Shown piece after piece: positions 31,419 to 40,213 of a stretch of 64,000 nt of DNA. Source of the stretch: Candidatus Deferrimicrobiaceae bacterium (GTDB taxonomy: Bacteria > Desulfobacterota > Deferrimicrobia > Deferrimicrobiales > Deferrimicrobiaceae); the NCBI GenBank assembly GCA_963792415.1, contig CAWBVY010000006.1, positions 704,001-768,000 on the forward strand, read 5' to 3'. A program made the translations under genes and the position numbers. The notes below the pieces were generated by a model that worked only from the letters and a program-made list of their open reading frames with translations, had not been told where the DNA came from and did not search any database. Every line of letters begins with the position of its first letter. Within the stretch, counting starts at the first letter, position 1.

Positions 31419-32747
31419 ATGGCGGTTCGCCTTCTTTTTCTCCTCTTTGTCGTCATCCTCGTCGCGTTCTCCTACATTTCCCTGCTGAACGGCCAGCATG
31501 TGCCGTTCTACTACTCCGCCACACGGCAGTTGGACGTCTCCGTCAGCGAGCTGGCGATCCTCGCCTTCTCCCTCGGGGCGGCGATGGTCATCCTGGGGAC
31601 GCTGGTCAAGGACGTGACCGCGGCGTCACAAAACTGGCGGGAGCGCCGGGAGAAGCAGCGCCGGGATTCCGCGCGGGCACGTGCGGCAAGGGCGGGAGAG
31701 ATGGTCCAGCGGGGAATGCTGACCGAGGCGGTCAAGGAGTTGACGCGCAGCCTTGCCGTCAATCCGGACGACCGGGAGGCGCTGGATCTCCTCGCTACCG
31801 CGCAGGCGGAGCTCGGAAATTCCCTCGAGGCGGTGAAAGCCATCACCCGGATGAAGCAGATCGATCCGTCGGACCTCTCGGTGTACTTCCGGCTGGCGCG
31901 CCTCTACCGGGAGATGAACGACCCGGAAGCCGCGCTGGCGACACTCAAAGCCGTCGAGGCGACGGAAGAGGAGAATCCCCGCGCCTGGGAGGCGATCCGG
32001 GAGATCCACCTGGCACGCGGAGAGATGGTCCAGGCGTACAACGAGCAGAAGAAACTCATGAAGCTTCGGGGAAAGGATGCTTCCCGCGCCGAGCAGGCGA
32101 TGTTCCTCTCCCTCCGGTACGAGAAAGCCCTTGTCCGCCTCGCACAGGGGAAGGGGGACGACGCCGAGCGGCGGCTTCGGGACGTGATCAAGGACGACCC
32201 GTCCTTCTGCGCGGCCCACATCGCCCTCTCCGAGCAGCTTCGGGCGCGGAGCCTCGACGATGCGACCGAGATCCTTCTGCAGGGGTTCCACGCGACGCGC
32301 AATCCCGTCTTCCTCATCAAGCTCGAGGACCTCTGCGTGGAGACGGAGCGGCCGCAAGCGATGATCCGGATCTACTCCCGGCTGCAGCAGGGGTACCCGT
32401 CCGACTACGACGTCAACCTCTTCATGGGAAAGTTCTTCCTTCGGCTCGAGATGATCGACGAGGGATTGGAACAGTTGTTGAAGGCCGAAACCCTGGACCC
32501 GGAGCGCGAGTCGGTGAACATCCTGCTCGCGGAGGCGTTCCGGCGAAGGGGGCGGTATGAATCGGCGAGTCTCCACTACCAGCGGGCCTTCGGCTACAAG
32601 CGGAGATACCTCATCCCCTTCCGGTGTTCCTCCTGCGGATCCTCCACCATCAAATGGACCGCACGGTGCCCCTCCTGCGGGATATGGAACGGGTACGCCA
32701 TCGACCACGGAAACCGGGAGTACGCCGCCTCCGCAACCCCCCGCTGA
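31419..32747 (+). CDS. LapA-like membrane domain fused to a LapB-like TPR/rubredoxin protein
   Basis: Two N-terminal TM segments with LNGQHVPFYY (LapA/DUF1049-like), TPR repeats, C-terminal CSSC...CPSC. Confidence 0.75.
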   Translation: MAVRLLFLLFVVILVAFSYISLLNGQHVPFYYSATRQLDVSVSELAILAFSLGAAMVILGTLVKDVTAASQNWRERREKQRRDSARARAARAGEMVQRGMLTEAVKELTRSLAVNPDDREALDLLATAQAELGNSLEAVKAITRMKQIDPSDLSVYFRLARLYREMNDPEAALATLKAVEATEEENPRAWEAIREIHLARGEMVQAYNEQKKLMKLRGKDASRAEQAMFLSLRYEKALVRLAQGKGDDAERRLRDVIKDDPSFCAAHIALSEQLRARSLDDATEILLQGFHATRNPVFLIKLEDLCVETERPQAMIRIYSRLQQGYPSDYDVNLFMGKFFLRLEMIDEGLEQLLKAETLDPERESVNILLAEAFRRRGRYESASLHYQRAFGYKRRYLIPFRCSSCGSSTIKWTARCPSCGIWNGYAIDHGNREYAASATPR

Positions 32748-32754
32748 ATCTCCG

Positions 32755-33510
32755 TTGTGCGCCGCGCCATCCCGCGGCGCGCGGAATCGGCCGCGCTTCC
32801 GGACCGCGCGATGGATCCGGGACTTCTCGGCGCTTCGGGAACTGCTCCCCTTCGGATCCCCCGACCTTTCCCCATCCGCCGTCGCCCGGTGGCCCGCGCA
32901 CGACTTCGCTGTATGCCCCCGGTGCGGCGCATTCGAAGGTTCCGGACCCGGGGTGCCTCCGCCTCCCTGCGGCCTCTGCGCCGGCGCCCCTCCCCCGTTC
33001 GACGCCGCGCGCTCCCTCTTCGCCTACGCGGGGGACGTTCGCGCCGCGATCGTAGCGACGAAATACGCGGGCCGCCCCTACCCTGCCGACGCTGTGGCCC
33101 TGCGGATCCACGAGGCCCTCGTTGGGCGATGGAGGGACCTGATTCCGGACGGGGTCCCTCCTGCCGTGGTTCCGGTACCGGCCCACCCATGGAAATATTT
33201 CCGACGGGGGTTCAACCTCCCCGCGCTGATCGCTTCCCGTCTTTCGAGACGCAGCGGTCTTCCGTTCGACCCGCTGGCGCTTTCGAGAACCCGGGAGCGG
33301 TCTCCCCAGGCGCGCCTTCCCGGGATCCTCCGGCACGGGAATGTCGAGGGGGCTTTCCGCGTGCCGGGACGCCGCGAGGTTCCGTCGACAATCCTTCTGC
33401 TCGACGATGTGTACACCTCCGGCGCCACGGCGGAAGCGTGCGCCCGCGCCTTGAAAAGCGCCGGCGCGGACTCTATAGTGGTCGTGACGGTAGCGCGCAC
33501 CGTTTCCTGA
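32755..33510 (+). CDS. comF: ComF-family phosphoribosyltransferase-like protein
   Basis: CPRC/CGLC, VPVP, RRGFN, LLLDDVYTSGAT; start uncertain. Confidence 0.85.
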   Translation: MCAAPSRGARNRPRFRTARWIRDFSALRELLPFGSPDLSPSAVARWPAHDFAVCPRCGAFEGSGPGVPPPPCGLCAGAPPPFDAARSLFAYAGDVRAAIVATKYAGRPYPADAVALRIHEALVGRWRDLIPDGVPPAVVPVPAHPWKYFRRGFNLPALIASRLSRRSGLPFDPLALSRTRERSPQARLPGILRHGNVEGAFRVPGRREVPSTILLLDDVYTSGATAEACARALKSAGADSIVVVTVARTVS

Positions 33511-33535
33511 TATTCATGCGCTGCACGGAGTCCCG

Positions 33536-34342
33536 ATGCCCGTCCCGCCGTTCCTCGCCGCCGCGCTGCAGTTCCGCATCGACGTTGCCGACGTCCCCTC
33601 GAACCGGGAGCGTGCGGTTCGCCTCATCGAGGAAGCCGCGAGGCGGGGCGCACGGCTTTGCGTGCTGCCGGAAATGTGGAGCACGGGCTTCGCGGAGGAG
33701 CGCCTTCTCCCGCTCTCCCGGACGACCCCGGAGGTCCTCCACGAACTTCGGTCGCTTGCCGCACGACTCAAGGTGATCGTCGCGGGATCCCTTCCGGAAC
33801 GGGTCGGGCGTGGAGTGTACAACACCCTCTACGTCGTCAACAGTACGGGCGTCGTCACCGGAGAGTACCGGAAGGCGCACCTGTTCTCCCCCTCGGGGGA
33901 GGACCGCTGGTTCCGAAGGGGTGTTTCCTCGGCCGTCGTTCCCACCGACGCCGGAACCGTGGGCCCCCTCATCTGCTACGACCTCCGGTTCCCGGAACTT
34001 TCCCGGAAATACTTCCTCGACGGTGCGGAAGTACTGTGCGTGTCGTCCCAGTGGCCTTCCGTCCGGCGCGCCCATTGGCGGATTCTCACGGTCGCCCGGG
34101 CGGTCGAAAGCCAGGCGTACGTCGTCGCGGCGAACGCCGTCGGACCGTCGGGCCCGTTCCAATACTCGGGCGACTCGGTGATCGTCTCCCCCGACGGCGA
34201 GCGCCTCGCCTCGGTCGGGGAGGAGGAAGGAATGGCCCTGGCGGCGATCGACCCGGCCGTCGTCCTGGAAAACCGAAGGAGGATCCCATGTCTGGCAGAC
34301 CGGAACACCCGGGCATACCGGAAGACCCATCGGCCCGCGTGA
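33536..34342 (+). CDS. Carbon-nitrogen hydrolase (nitrilase superfamily)
   Basis: Glu-Lys-Cys triad: LPEMW, YRKAHLF, ICYDLRFPE. Confidence 0.92.
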   Translation: MPVPPFLAAALQFRIDVADVPSNRERAVRLIEEAARRGARLCVLPEMWSTGFAEERLLPLSRTTPEVLHELRSLAARLKVIVAGSLPERVGRGVYNTLYVVNSTGVVTGEYRKAHLFSPSGEDRWFRRGVSSAVVPTDAGTVGPLICYDLRFPELSRKYFLDGAEVLCVSSQWPSVRRAHWRILTVARAVESQAYVVAANAVGPSGPFQYSGDSVIVSPDGERLASVGEEEGMALAAIDPAVVLENRRRIPCLADRNTRAYRKTHRPA

Positions 34343-34863
34343 TCCCCCGCCGGGGCGTGCGGGCCCTCTGCGCGCGCCTCCGGGACGAGGGGAAGCGGAT
34401 CGTCTTTACCAACGGCTGCTTCGACCTCCTGCACGCCGGGCACGCGCAATATCTTCGGCGCGCGGCGGCGCTGGGCGACGTTCTCCTGGTGGGATTGAAC
34501 AGCGACGCCTCCGTCCGCCGACTGAAGGGGGAGGGGCGACCGGTGCAGAGGGCCGCGGACCGGGCGTATCTTCTCGCCTCGCTTTCCTGCGTTTCCTACG
34601 TGACGATTTTCCCGGAGGACACCCCGGCACGGTTGATCGGGGAGGTGGTCCCGCACGTCCTCGTCAAGGGGGGCGACTGGAAGGGAAAGGAGATCGTGGG
34701 ATCGGACGTGGTCCGCGCGCACGGCGGCGCCGTGAAGACGATCCGGTTCCTCCCCGGCCGCTCGACGACCTCGATCCTGGCGAGGGCGGCGGTTCTCAGG
34801 CGGAAGGGCCGCGGATCTTCCGGAGGGCGGACAGGAACGTCGCGATCTCCGCGCGCGTCGTGA
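34339..34863 (+). CDS. rfaE2: D-glycero-beta-D-manno-heptose 1-phosphate adenylyltransferase
   Basis: VFTNGCFDLLHAGH, GLNSDASV, LVKGGD, STTSI. Confidence 0.93.
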   Translation: MIPRRGVRALCARLRDEGKRIVFTNGCFDLLHAGHAQYLRRAAALGDVLLVGLNSDASVRRLKGEGRPVQRAADRAYLLASLSCVSYVTIFPEDTPARLIGEVVPHVLVKGGDWKGKEIVGSDVVRAHGGAVKTIRFLPGRSTTSILARAAVLRRKGRGSSGGRTGTSRSPRAS

Positions 34864-35956
34864 AGGGGCCCGGGCTCACGCGCACGGTCCCGACGGGGAA
34901 GGTTCCGATCGCGCGGTGACCGTTCGGGGAGCAGTGCAATCCCGCCCGCACCAGCACGCGACTCCGCTTCTCAAGACGCACCCCGGCTTCCGCCGGGTCC
35001 ATCCCCTCCACCCGGAACGACAACGCCGACCCACGGTGCGCCGGATCCGCAGGACCGTAGACCGTTACCCCGGGGATTCGCGACAACCCATGCAGCAGCT
35101 GGTCGACAAGGGCGACCTCCGCGCGGCGGATCGTCCCGACCCCCTTCCGCAGGAGCCACGCGAGAGAGACGGAAAGCCCGGCCACTCCCACGCTGTTCAA
35201 CGTCCCGGACTCGAGGGCATCAGGGAAGAATTCCGGCTGGCGGTCGGACTCGGAGCGGCTCCCCGTCCCCCCCTCGATCAGCGGGACGACCGGAACCCCT
35301 TCCCGGACGAAGAGAAACCCGGTCCCCTGCGGCCCGAGAAGCCCCTTGTGGCCGGAGGCGGCCAGCAGGTCCACCGGCAGGGTGGAAAGGTCGATCGGCA
35401 TGGCCCCCGCCGTCTGGGCGGCGTCGATCAGCGTCAGGATCCCGCGCTTTCGCGCTGCCGCGACGACGGCGTCCACCGGTTGCAGCGCCCCCGACACGTT
35501 CGAGGCGTGCACCATGACGACCAGGCGCGTCTCCTTCCGGAACGCGGCGATCACGTCCCTCGCCTCCGTACCCCCGTCTTTTCCCGCAGGAACGACCGTG
35601 ACGCGAACACCGGCCTCTTGCATCCGGCGCAGTGGCCGCATCACCGAGTTGTGCTCCACGGATGTGGTCACCACGTGGTCGCCCGGACGGAGCACCCCCT
35701 TGATCGCCTGGTTCAGCGCGACGGTGGCGTTTTCCGAAAAAACGAAGCGGGAGCTGTCGGCGCACCCGAACAGCTCGGCGAGACGCTCCCGCGCGACGAA
35801 CAGGTCACGGGCGGAGCGGATGGAGAGGGCGTGCCCGGAGCGACCGGGGTTCCCGGCCCGCAGGATGGCTTCGCCCACCGCCTTCGCCACACCGGGGGGC
35901 TTGGGCAGGGAGGTCGCCGCGTTGTCGAGGTATATATACGGAACGGAACGGGGCAG
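34796..35956 (-). CDS. Class V PLP aminotransferase / cysteine desulfurase family protein (CTG start inferred)
   Basis: YLDNAATS, EHNSV, DAAQ, SGHKGLLGPQG, VRAGLHCSP. Confidence 0.88.
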   Translation of the reverse strand: MPRSVPYIYLDNAATSLPKPPGVAKAVGEAILRAGNPGRSGHALSIRSARDLFVARERLAELFGCADSSRFVFSENATVALNQAIKGVLRPGDHVVTTSVEHNSVMRPLRRMQEAGVRVTVVPAGKDGGTEARDVIAAFRKETRLVVMVHASNVSGALQPVDAVVAAARKRGILTLIDAAQTAGAMPIDLSTLPVDLLAASGHKGLLGPQGTGFLFVREGVPVVPLIEGGTGSRSESDRQPEFFPDALESGTLNSVGVAGLSVSLAWLLRKGVGTIRRAEVALVDQLLHGLSRIPGVTVYGPADPAHRGSALSFRVEGMDPAEAGVRLEKRSRVLVRAGLHCSPNGHRAIGTFPVGTVRVSPGPFTTRAEIATFLSALRKIRGPSA

Positions 35957-35957
35957 G

Positions 35958-37898
35958 TCAGGACTCCAGCGGGATGACGAGAACGAGGCCCGGATGGATC
36001 CGTTGGCTTTTCTTCAGCCGGTTCCGATCCGCGAGACTGTCGACCGTGACGCCGTAAACGCCCGCGATCTGGGTAAGGGTGTCCCCCTTGTTCACCTTGT
36101 AGCGCGTGGTCCGCTTCCGGACGCCCCGCGCCGCACCGTCGGAGGTAGACGAGTCCGCCGCCGATGCCTTCGGGACCGCCGTTTGCGCCGTGTGCGATCC
36201 CCCTGCTCCTGCTGTCCCGGGAAGGACGAGGTGCGTGCCGACCTTCAGTATCGACGTCGGCTTCAGTCCGTTCGCGCTCGCGAGATCCTTCATCCGGACC
36301 CCGTTCCTCTTCGCGATGCGCCCCAGCGTGTCCCCCTTCCGGACGATTACGGCATCCCCGGGATCGGGACGCCGCGCTCGCTTGACGCGCGACCTTCGGC
36401 CTCTATCATCCACCCGCATGTGCGCCATCGTGAGGTGGTCCGGCGAAATCTCGGTCCCGGGAACCGTTTCCATCTCCATCAACCCGGTCACGGGGATGAC
36501 GAGGCGGGCGGTGCGCCTGAGGGAATCCCGCTTCAGTCCGTTCAACTCCTTGAGGACCGGGACGGTGGTCTTGTACCGGTCGGCCAACGCCTGCAGCGTT
36601 TCCCCCCTGCGAACGTTGTGCTGGAGAAAGGTGATCTTCGTCTGGGTTCGGAGCTCCTCCATCCGCTCCTCGGCGACCCGCGCCGCGTCGACGGAGAGCC
36701 GAAGATCGTAATGCTCACGGTTCGGCGGTGTGCAGAACCGCCGAAGTTCCGGGTTCCAGTCGCGGACCGCCTCCACCGGGACCTCGAGAAGATTGGCCAC
36801 CGCCGCCAGGTCGGTCCCTCCCGGCACCGTCACGGTGCGCAGATCCAGCGGCGCCTCGTAGGCGACATCGCCGAATCCGTATTTGTCGGGATCCTTGGCG
36901 ATGGTCAGTGCCGCCAGCATCTTGGGGACGTAATCCTTCGTCTCCTGCTTCAAATAGCGGTGCCGGATGAGCTCGGAAAAATCATCGGACTTGTACCGGG
37001 CAACCGCCTTCTGGATCTTCCCCTCGCCGGCATTGTACGCGGCGGTCGCAAGCGGCCACGACTCGAACATCCCGTAGAGATCGCGAAGGTAGGAAGCGGC
37101 GGCGTGCGTCGACTTCTCGGGGTCCCTCCGCTCGTCGGCCCACCAGTCGATGCGGAGACCGTACCTGCGCCCGGTTCCCGAGATGAACTGCCAGGGACCC
37201 GCCGCCCTCGCGACGGAGTACGCCTTGGGGGAGAACCCGCTTTCGATCAGCGCGACATAGACGAGGTCCTCGGGGAGCCCGTACCGGACGAGGATCTTCT
37301 GCATCATGCCGGCGTATTTCCCTGAGCGGGACAGGTACAGTTCGAACTTCTCGCGTCCCCGGGTCTGGAAGTAGTGGATGAACTTATCGATCGGCCGGGT
37401 GATCCCGGAGAAGGCCCCCTCCTCCCCTTTCTCAAGCTCCATCGACGCGGTGGAGAAGAACTCTTCCCCCATCCCCTCCACCTCTTCCGGAACGTCCTCG
37501 AGGTTCTTCGTCACCTGGAGGTCGACCTCGCGGGGGGAGAGGACCCGATCGGGAACTTTATCGGAAGGGGGCGCGACGAAAGAGGCCGCGGGGATGGGCG
37601 GGAGGCGGTACGGGACGGCAACGCGGACGGGGACCGCCCGGGCAGCTGGAATCCGCGCGGGAACCGGGGGAACCCAGGGCTCGGGAGCGACCGAAACGGC
37701 CACCGGGGCGCCCTGCGCGGACACCGAAAGGGGAACGGCCGTGGAGGCAGGCACGGTGCCCGGAGAACCTCCGCCCCTCGCGCCATCGGAAGGAGCCCCT
37801 GTTCCCGCCGCCGGCGGAATCGTTTCCGCAGTCTCCCCAAAAGACGGGATCGACGCGAACAGGAGAAGGAATCCCGCCGCCACGAAAACGCTCCTCAC
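35958..37898 (-). CDS. MltD-like lytic transglycosylase with three LysM domains
   Basis: Signal peptide; SLT motifs IESGF, GPWQF, AAYNAGE, ETKDYVPK; LysM repeats VRRGETL, VRKGDTL, VNKGDTL. Confidence 0.92.
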   Translation of the reverse strand: MRSVFVAAGFLLLFASIPSFGETAETIPPAAGTGAPSDGARGGGSPGTVPASTAVPLSVSAQGAPVAVSVAPEPWVPPVPARIPAARAVPVRVAVPYRLPPIPAASFVAPPSDKVPDRVLSPREVDLQVTKNLEDVPEEVEGMGEEFFSTASMELEKGEEGAFSGITRPIDKFIHYFQTRGREKFELYLSRSGKYAGMMQKILVRYGLPEDLVYVALIESGFSPKAYSVARAAGPWQFISGTGRRYGLRIDWWADERRDPEKSTHAAASYLRDLYGMFESWPLATAAYNAGEGKIQKAVARYKSDDFSELIRHRYLKQETKDYVPKMLAALTIAKDPDKYGFGDVAYEAPLDLRTVTVPGGTDLAAVANLLEVPVEAVRDWNPELRRFCTPPNREHYDLRLSVDAARVAEERMEELRTQTKITFLQHNVRRGETLQALADRYKTTVPVLKELNGLKRDSLRRTARLVIPVTGLMEMETVPGTEISPDHLTMAHMRVDDRGRRSRVKRARRPDPGDAVIVRKGDTLGRIAKRNGVRMKDLASANGLKPTSILKVGTHLVLPGTAGAGGSHTAQTAVPKASAADSSTSDGAARGVRKRTTRYKVNKGDTLTQIAGVYGVTVDSLADRNRLKKSQRIHPGLVLVIPLES

Positions 37899-37944
37899 GA
37901 CCCAGCCCCTCAATAAAATCCTCCCCCAAACAATATAACTGCCT

Positions 37945-37973
37945 ATTCTGCTTGATGAATTCCTGCCTGTCAA
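37945..37973 (-). promoter_or_regulatory. Sigma70-type promoter for the mltD-like gene
   Basis: TTGACA-N17-CAGAAT on the minus strand. Confidence 0.55.
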
Positions 37974-38095
37974 GGCCTGTATCCGAGGCCTGACTCCGAA
38001 GAATCCGGCAATCGGCCCCGGGGCGCCGCGATCCTGCCGGCCCTGTCGCATCTTATCGGCCGAGCAGGGGGAAAAATTCACTGCCGCCGAGATCC

Positions 38096-38362
38096 TCAGA
38101 GGGATACGATGTCGTACTCCCCGCCTGCGCGGGGGAGGTGGGCGGACAGCGGGAGCAACCGCGCCCGTGAAAGGATGCCCCGGGCACGGTCGCGATGATC
38201 GACGGGGATCCGGATCGCAAGCCCGCAATCGGAAGTGAGGCGACGGGGAACCGGGATCAGGCGCAACGGCACGCCACCCCCCTTCAACCGCTTCTCGGCC
38301 GACAGGACCTGGTGGGTGCCCCGGAAGATGAGGATCAGGACCGGATCCGGCGCGCGGGTCAA
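38096..38362 (-). CDS. DUF3343-family small protein (putative Se/S carrier-like)
   Basis: FRGTHQVLSAEKRLK...LIPVPRRLTSDCGLAIR pattern; TTG start inferred. Confidence 0.8.
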   Translation of the reverse strand: MTRAPDPVLILIFRGTHQVLSAEKRLKGGGVPLRLIPVPRRLTSDCGLAIRIPVDHRDRARGILSRARLLPLSAHLPRAGGEYDIVSL

Positions 38363-38616
38363 TGGCACCCCCTGGCTTCCGCAGATGATCGTGGCGCATC
38401 CCCCGCACACAGGCCGCAGAGGGATCTTCGCAGCGGAGTGTACGGCAGGAGAAAGTCCCTGTAAAGCGGGGGCGCTTTCAGGGACATCCCCGGCGGAAAC
38501 CCGGGATGCGGGGAAAATGTTTCCCCTGGCCACAGCACGCAAACCGCGTCGTCGGCCGGTCGATACGGGCACGCGCACCGTCGCTTCATTTCCCGGAACC
38601 CGGTTATAATCAAAGG

Positions 38617-38904
38617 ATGACCAGCCCGGCCTTCTCCCTCCTGGCACAGACGCCATGGACCCTGATGGCTATCATCGGGGGCGCCGCGCTCACCGTGAAC
38701 ATCCCCCTGGGGTACGCCCGGGAGGGGTTCCGGAAATTCTCGTTCGGCTGGTTCGTCTGCGTCCACCTCTCCGTCCCTCTCATCGCCTGGCTTCGGCTCT
38801 CAAACCACGTGAGCGCGTGGGGGATCCCCGCCTTCGTCGCGTGCGCCGTGCTGGGGCAGATCGCGGGGGGAAAGGTCCGCCGGATCGCTCGGGGGCGGCC
38901 GTGA
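38617..38904 (+). CDS. Small hypothetical membrane protein
   Basis: Hydrophobic ORF (NIPLGYAR...KFSFGWFVCVHLSVP...GQIAG), translationally coupled to the next gene. Confidence 0.75.
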   Translation: MTSPAFSLLAQTPWTLMAIIGGAALTVNIPLGYAREGFRKFSFGWFVCVHLSVPLIAWLRLSNHVSAWGIPAFVACAVLGQIAGGKVRRIARGRP

Positions 38905-39371
38905 GACGGAAAGACGCGGCGCCCCTGTCGTCGATCCTCGATGCGTTCCTCGAGTCGCTGCAGATCCCGCATGTCGCCTTCCTCGTATCGCTGCGGAAAA
39001 GGTGGCCGGAAATCGCCGGCCCGCTGGTCTCGCGGAATGCCAGCCCTCTGTCGCTGCGGAACGGCGTCCTCACGGTCGTCGTGCGGAACCATGCGTGGGC
39101 GCAGGAGCTGCGGATGAGCAAGATCCCGATGATCGGGAGGATCCGGGAGACGGTGGGAGAAAGGATCCCGGTGAGCGACCTCCGGTTCACCGTGGGCCCC
39201 ATCGCTTCGGTCGAAGAGGAGGAGGTGGCCGCGCCGGGCGAGGTGTCGCCGCACCCCCCCGGCCCCGATCCGGAAGGACTGTCCGCCGTCGCGGACCCGG
39301 AGACGCGCGAGAGCCTGCGCGCCCTCCACCGCCGTTCCCGCTCCCCAAAGGAAATTCCCTCGAAGTCGTAA
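38901..39371 (+). CDS. DciA/DUF721 family protein
   Basis: WPEIAGPLVSRNASP...NGVLTVVVRNHAWAQEL pattern. Confidence 0.8.
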   Translation: MRRKDAAPLSSILDAFLESLQIPHVAFLVSLRKRWPEIAGPLVSRNASPLSLRNGVLTVVVRNHAWAQELRMSKIPMIGRIRETVGERIPVSDLRFTVGPIASVEEEEVAAPGEVSPHPPGPDPEGLSAVADPETRESLRALHRRSRSPKEIPSKS

Positions 39372-39457
39372 CGCGGGTTCCTCGTGCCCTTTTGGAATTT
39401 CCCCGTCGGGGGTACCCACCGGCGCGACGCTCGTTGTGGGGAAGGAGTGGTGAAGCC

Positions 39458-40201
39458 CTACCCCGCGCGAAAGAGGCGGCAGATCCGCTCCACCTCCGGG
39501 CAATATTTCTCCTTCTCGCCATGCAGGAACAGCGGAGGCAGGAGACGGGGAATTCCGCTGCCGCCCCGGACCGCGCAGCAGAGTCCCCGGGACGGAGGCT
39601 CGCCGTCCCGGGGGTGCACCACCCGCAGGAACTCGACGCGCAACCCCTCCTTCGCGGCGCACGGTTCGATCTCGGAGAGGCGAGGATACGGCAAAATGAA
39701 GGCGAACCGGCCGGCCGCGGAAAGGAACCGGGACGCCGCCGCGAAGAGCTCCGGAAGCGCGCAGGTCACCTCGTGCCGCGCCGTCTCCTTCCCCGGATCC
39801 GGGTTTCGACGCCCGTGTCCCGCCCGGCCGTACGGAGGGTTCGACACGACCAGGTCGAACGAACCGGGTTCGACCCCGGGAATTGCCCCCCGAAAATCCC
39901 CGGGCACGGCGACCAGGCGCCCGTCCGGGCAATTGTCGCGGAAATTCCGGCGCGCGAAATCGAGCAGATCTTCCTGGAGATCGACGCCGGTGCCGGCAAG
40001 CATCGCGGGGGCGAGGCGGGACAGGAGCAGCAGCAGAACCCCGCACCCCGTCCCAAGGTCGAGGACGGCGCCGCGGCAGAGGGGGGCGGCGAACCCCGCG
40101 AGAACCACGGAGTCGATCGAGAAGCGGTACCCCCGCTCCGGCTGCCGGATGATCAACCGGGGGAAATCGGTACCGGACAGCCCGCCGGGGTCATCGTTCA
40201 T
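39458..40201 (-). CDS. tRNA1(Val) adenine37-N6-methyltransferase-like SAM methyltransferase
   Basis: GYRFSIDSVVLAGF, LDLGTGCG, SNPPY, ARHE. Confidence 0.88.
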   Translation of the reverse strand: MNDDPGGLSGTDFPRLIIRQPERGYRFSIDSVVLAGFAAPLCRGAVLDLGTGCGVLLLLLSRLAPAMLAGTGVDLQEDLLDFARRNFRDNCPDGRLVAVPGDFRGAIPGVEPGSFDLVVSNPPYGRAGHGRRNPDPGKETARHEVTCALPELFAAASRFLSAAGRFAFILPYPRLSEIEPCAAKEGLRVEFLRVVHPRDGEPPSRGLCCAVRGGSGIPRLLPPLFLHGEKEKYCPEVERICRLFRAG

Positions 40202-40213
40202 GAATCACGTTTC

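Noticed and set aside
38363-38616. c-di-GMP-I (GEMM) riboswitch or 6S RNA in this intergenic region
   Set aside because: GAAA and ACGCAAA fragments occur but not in the required P1/P2 arrangement, and no 6S-like long rod was recognised. Kept as an unclassified structure.
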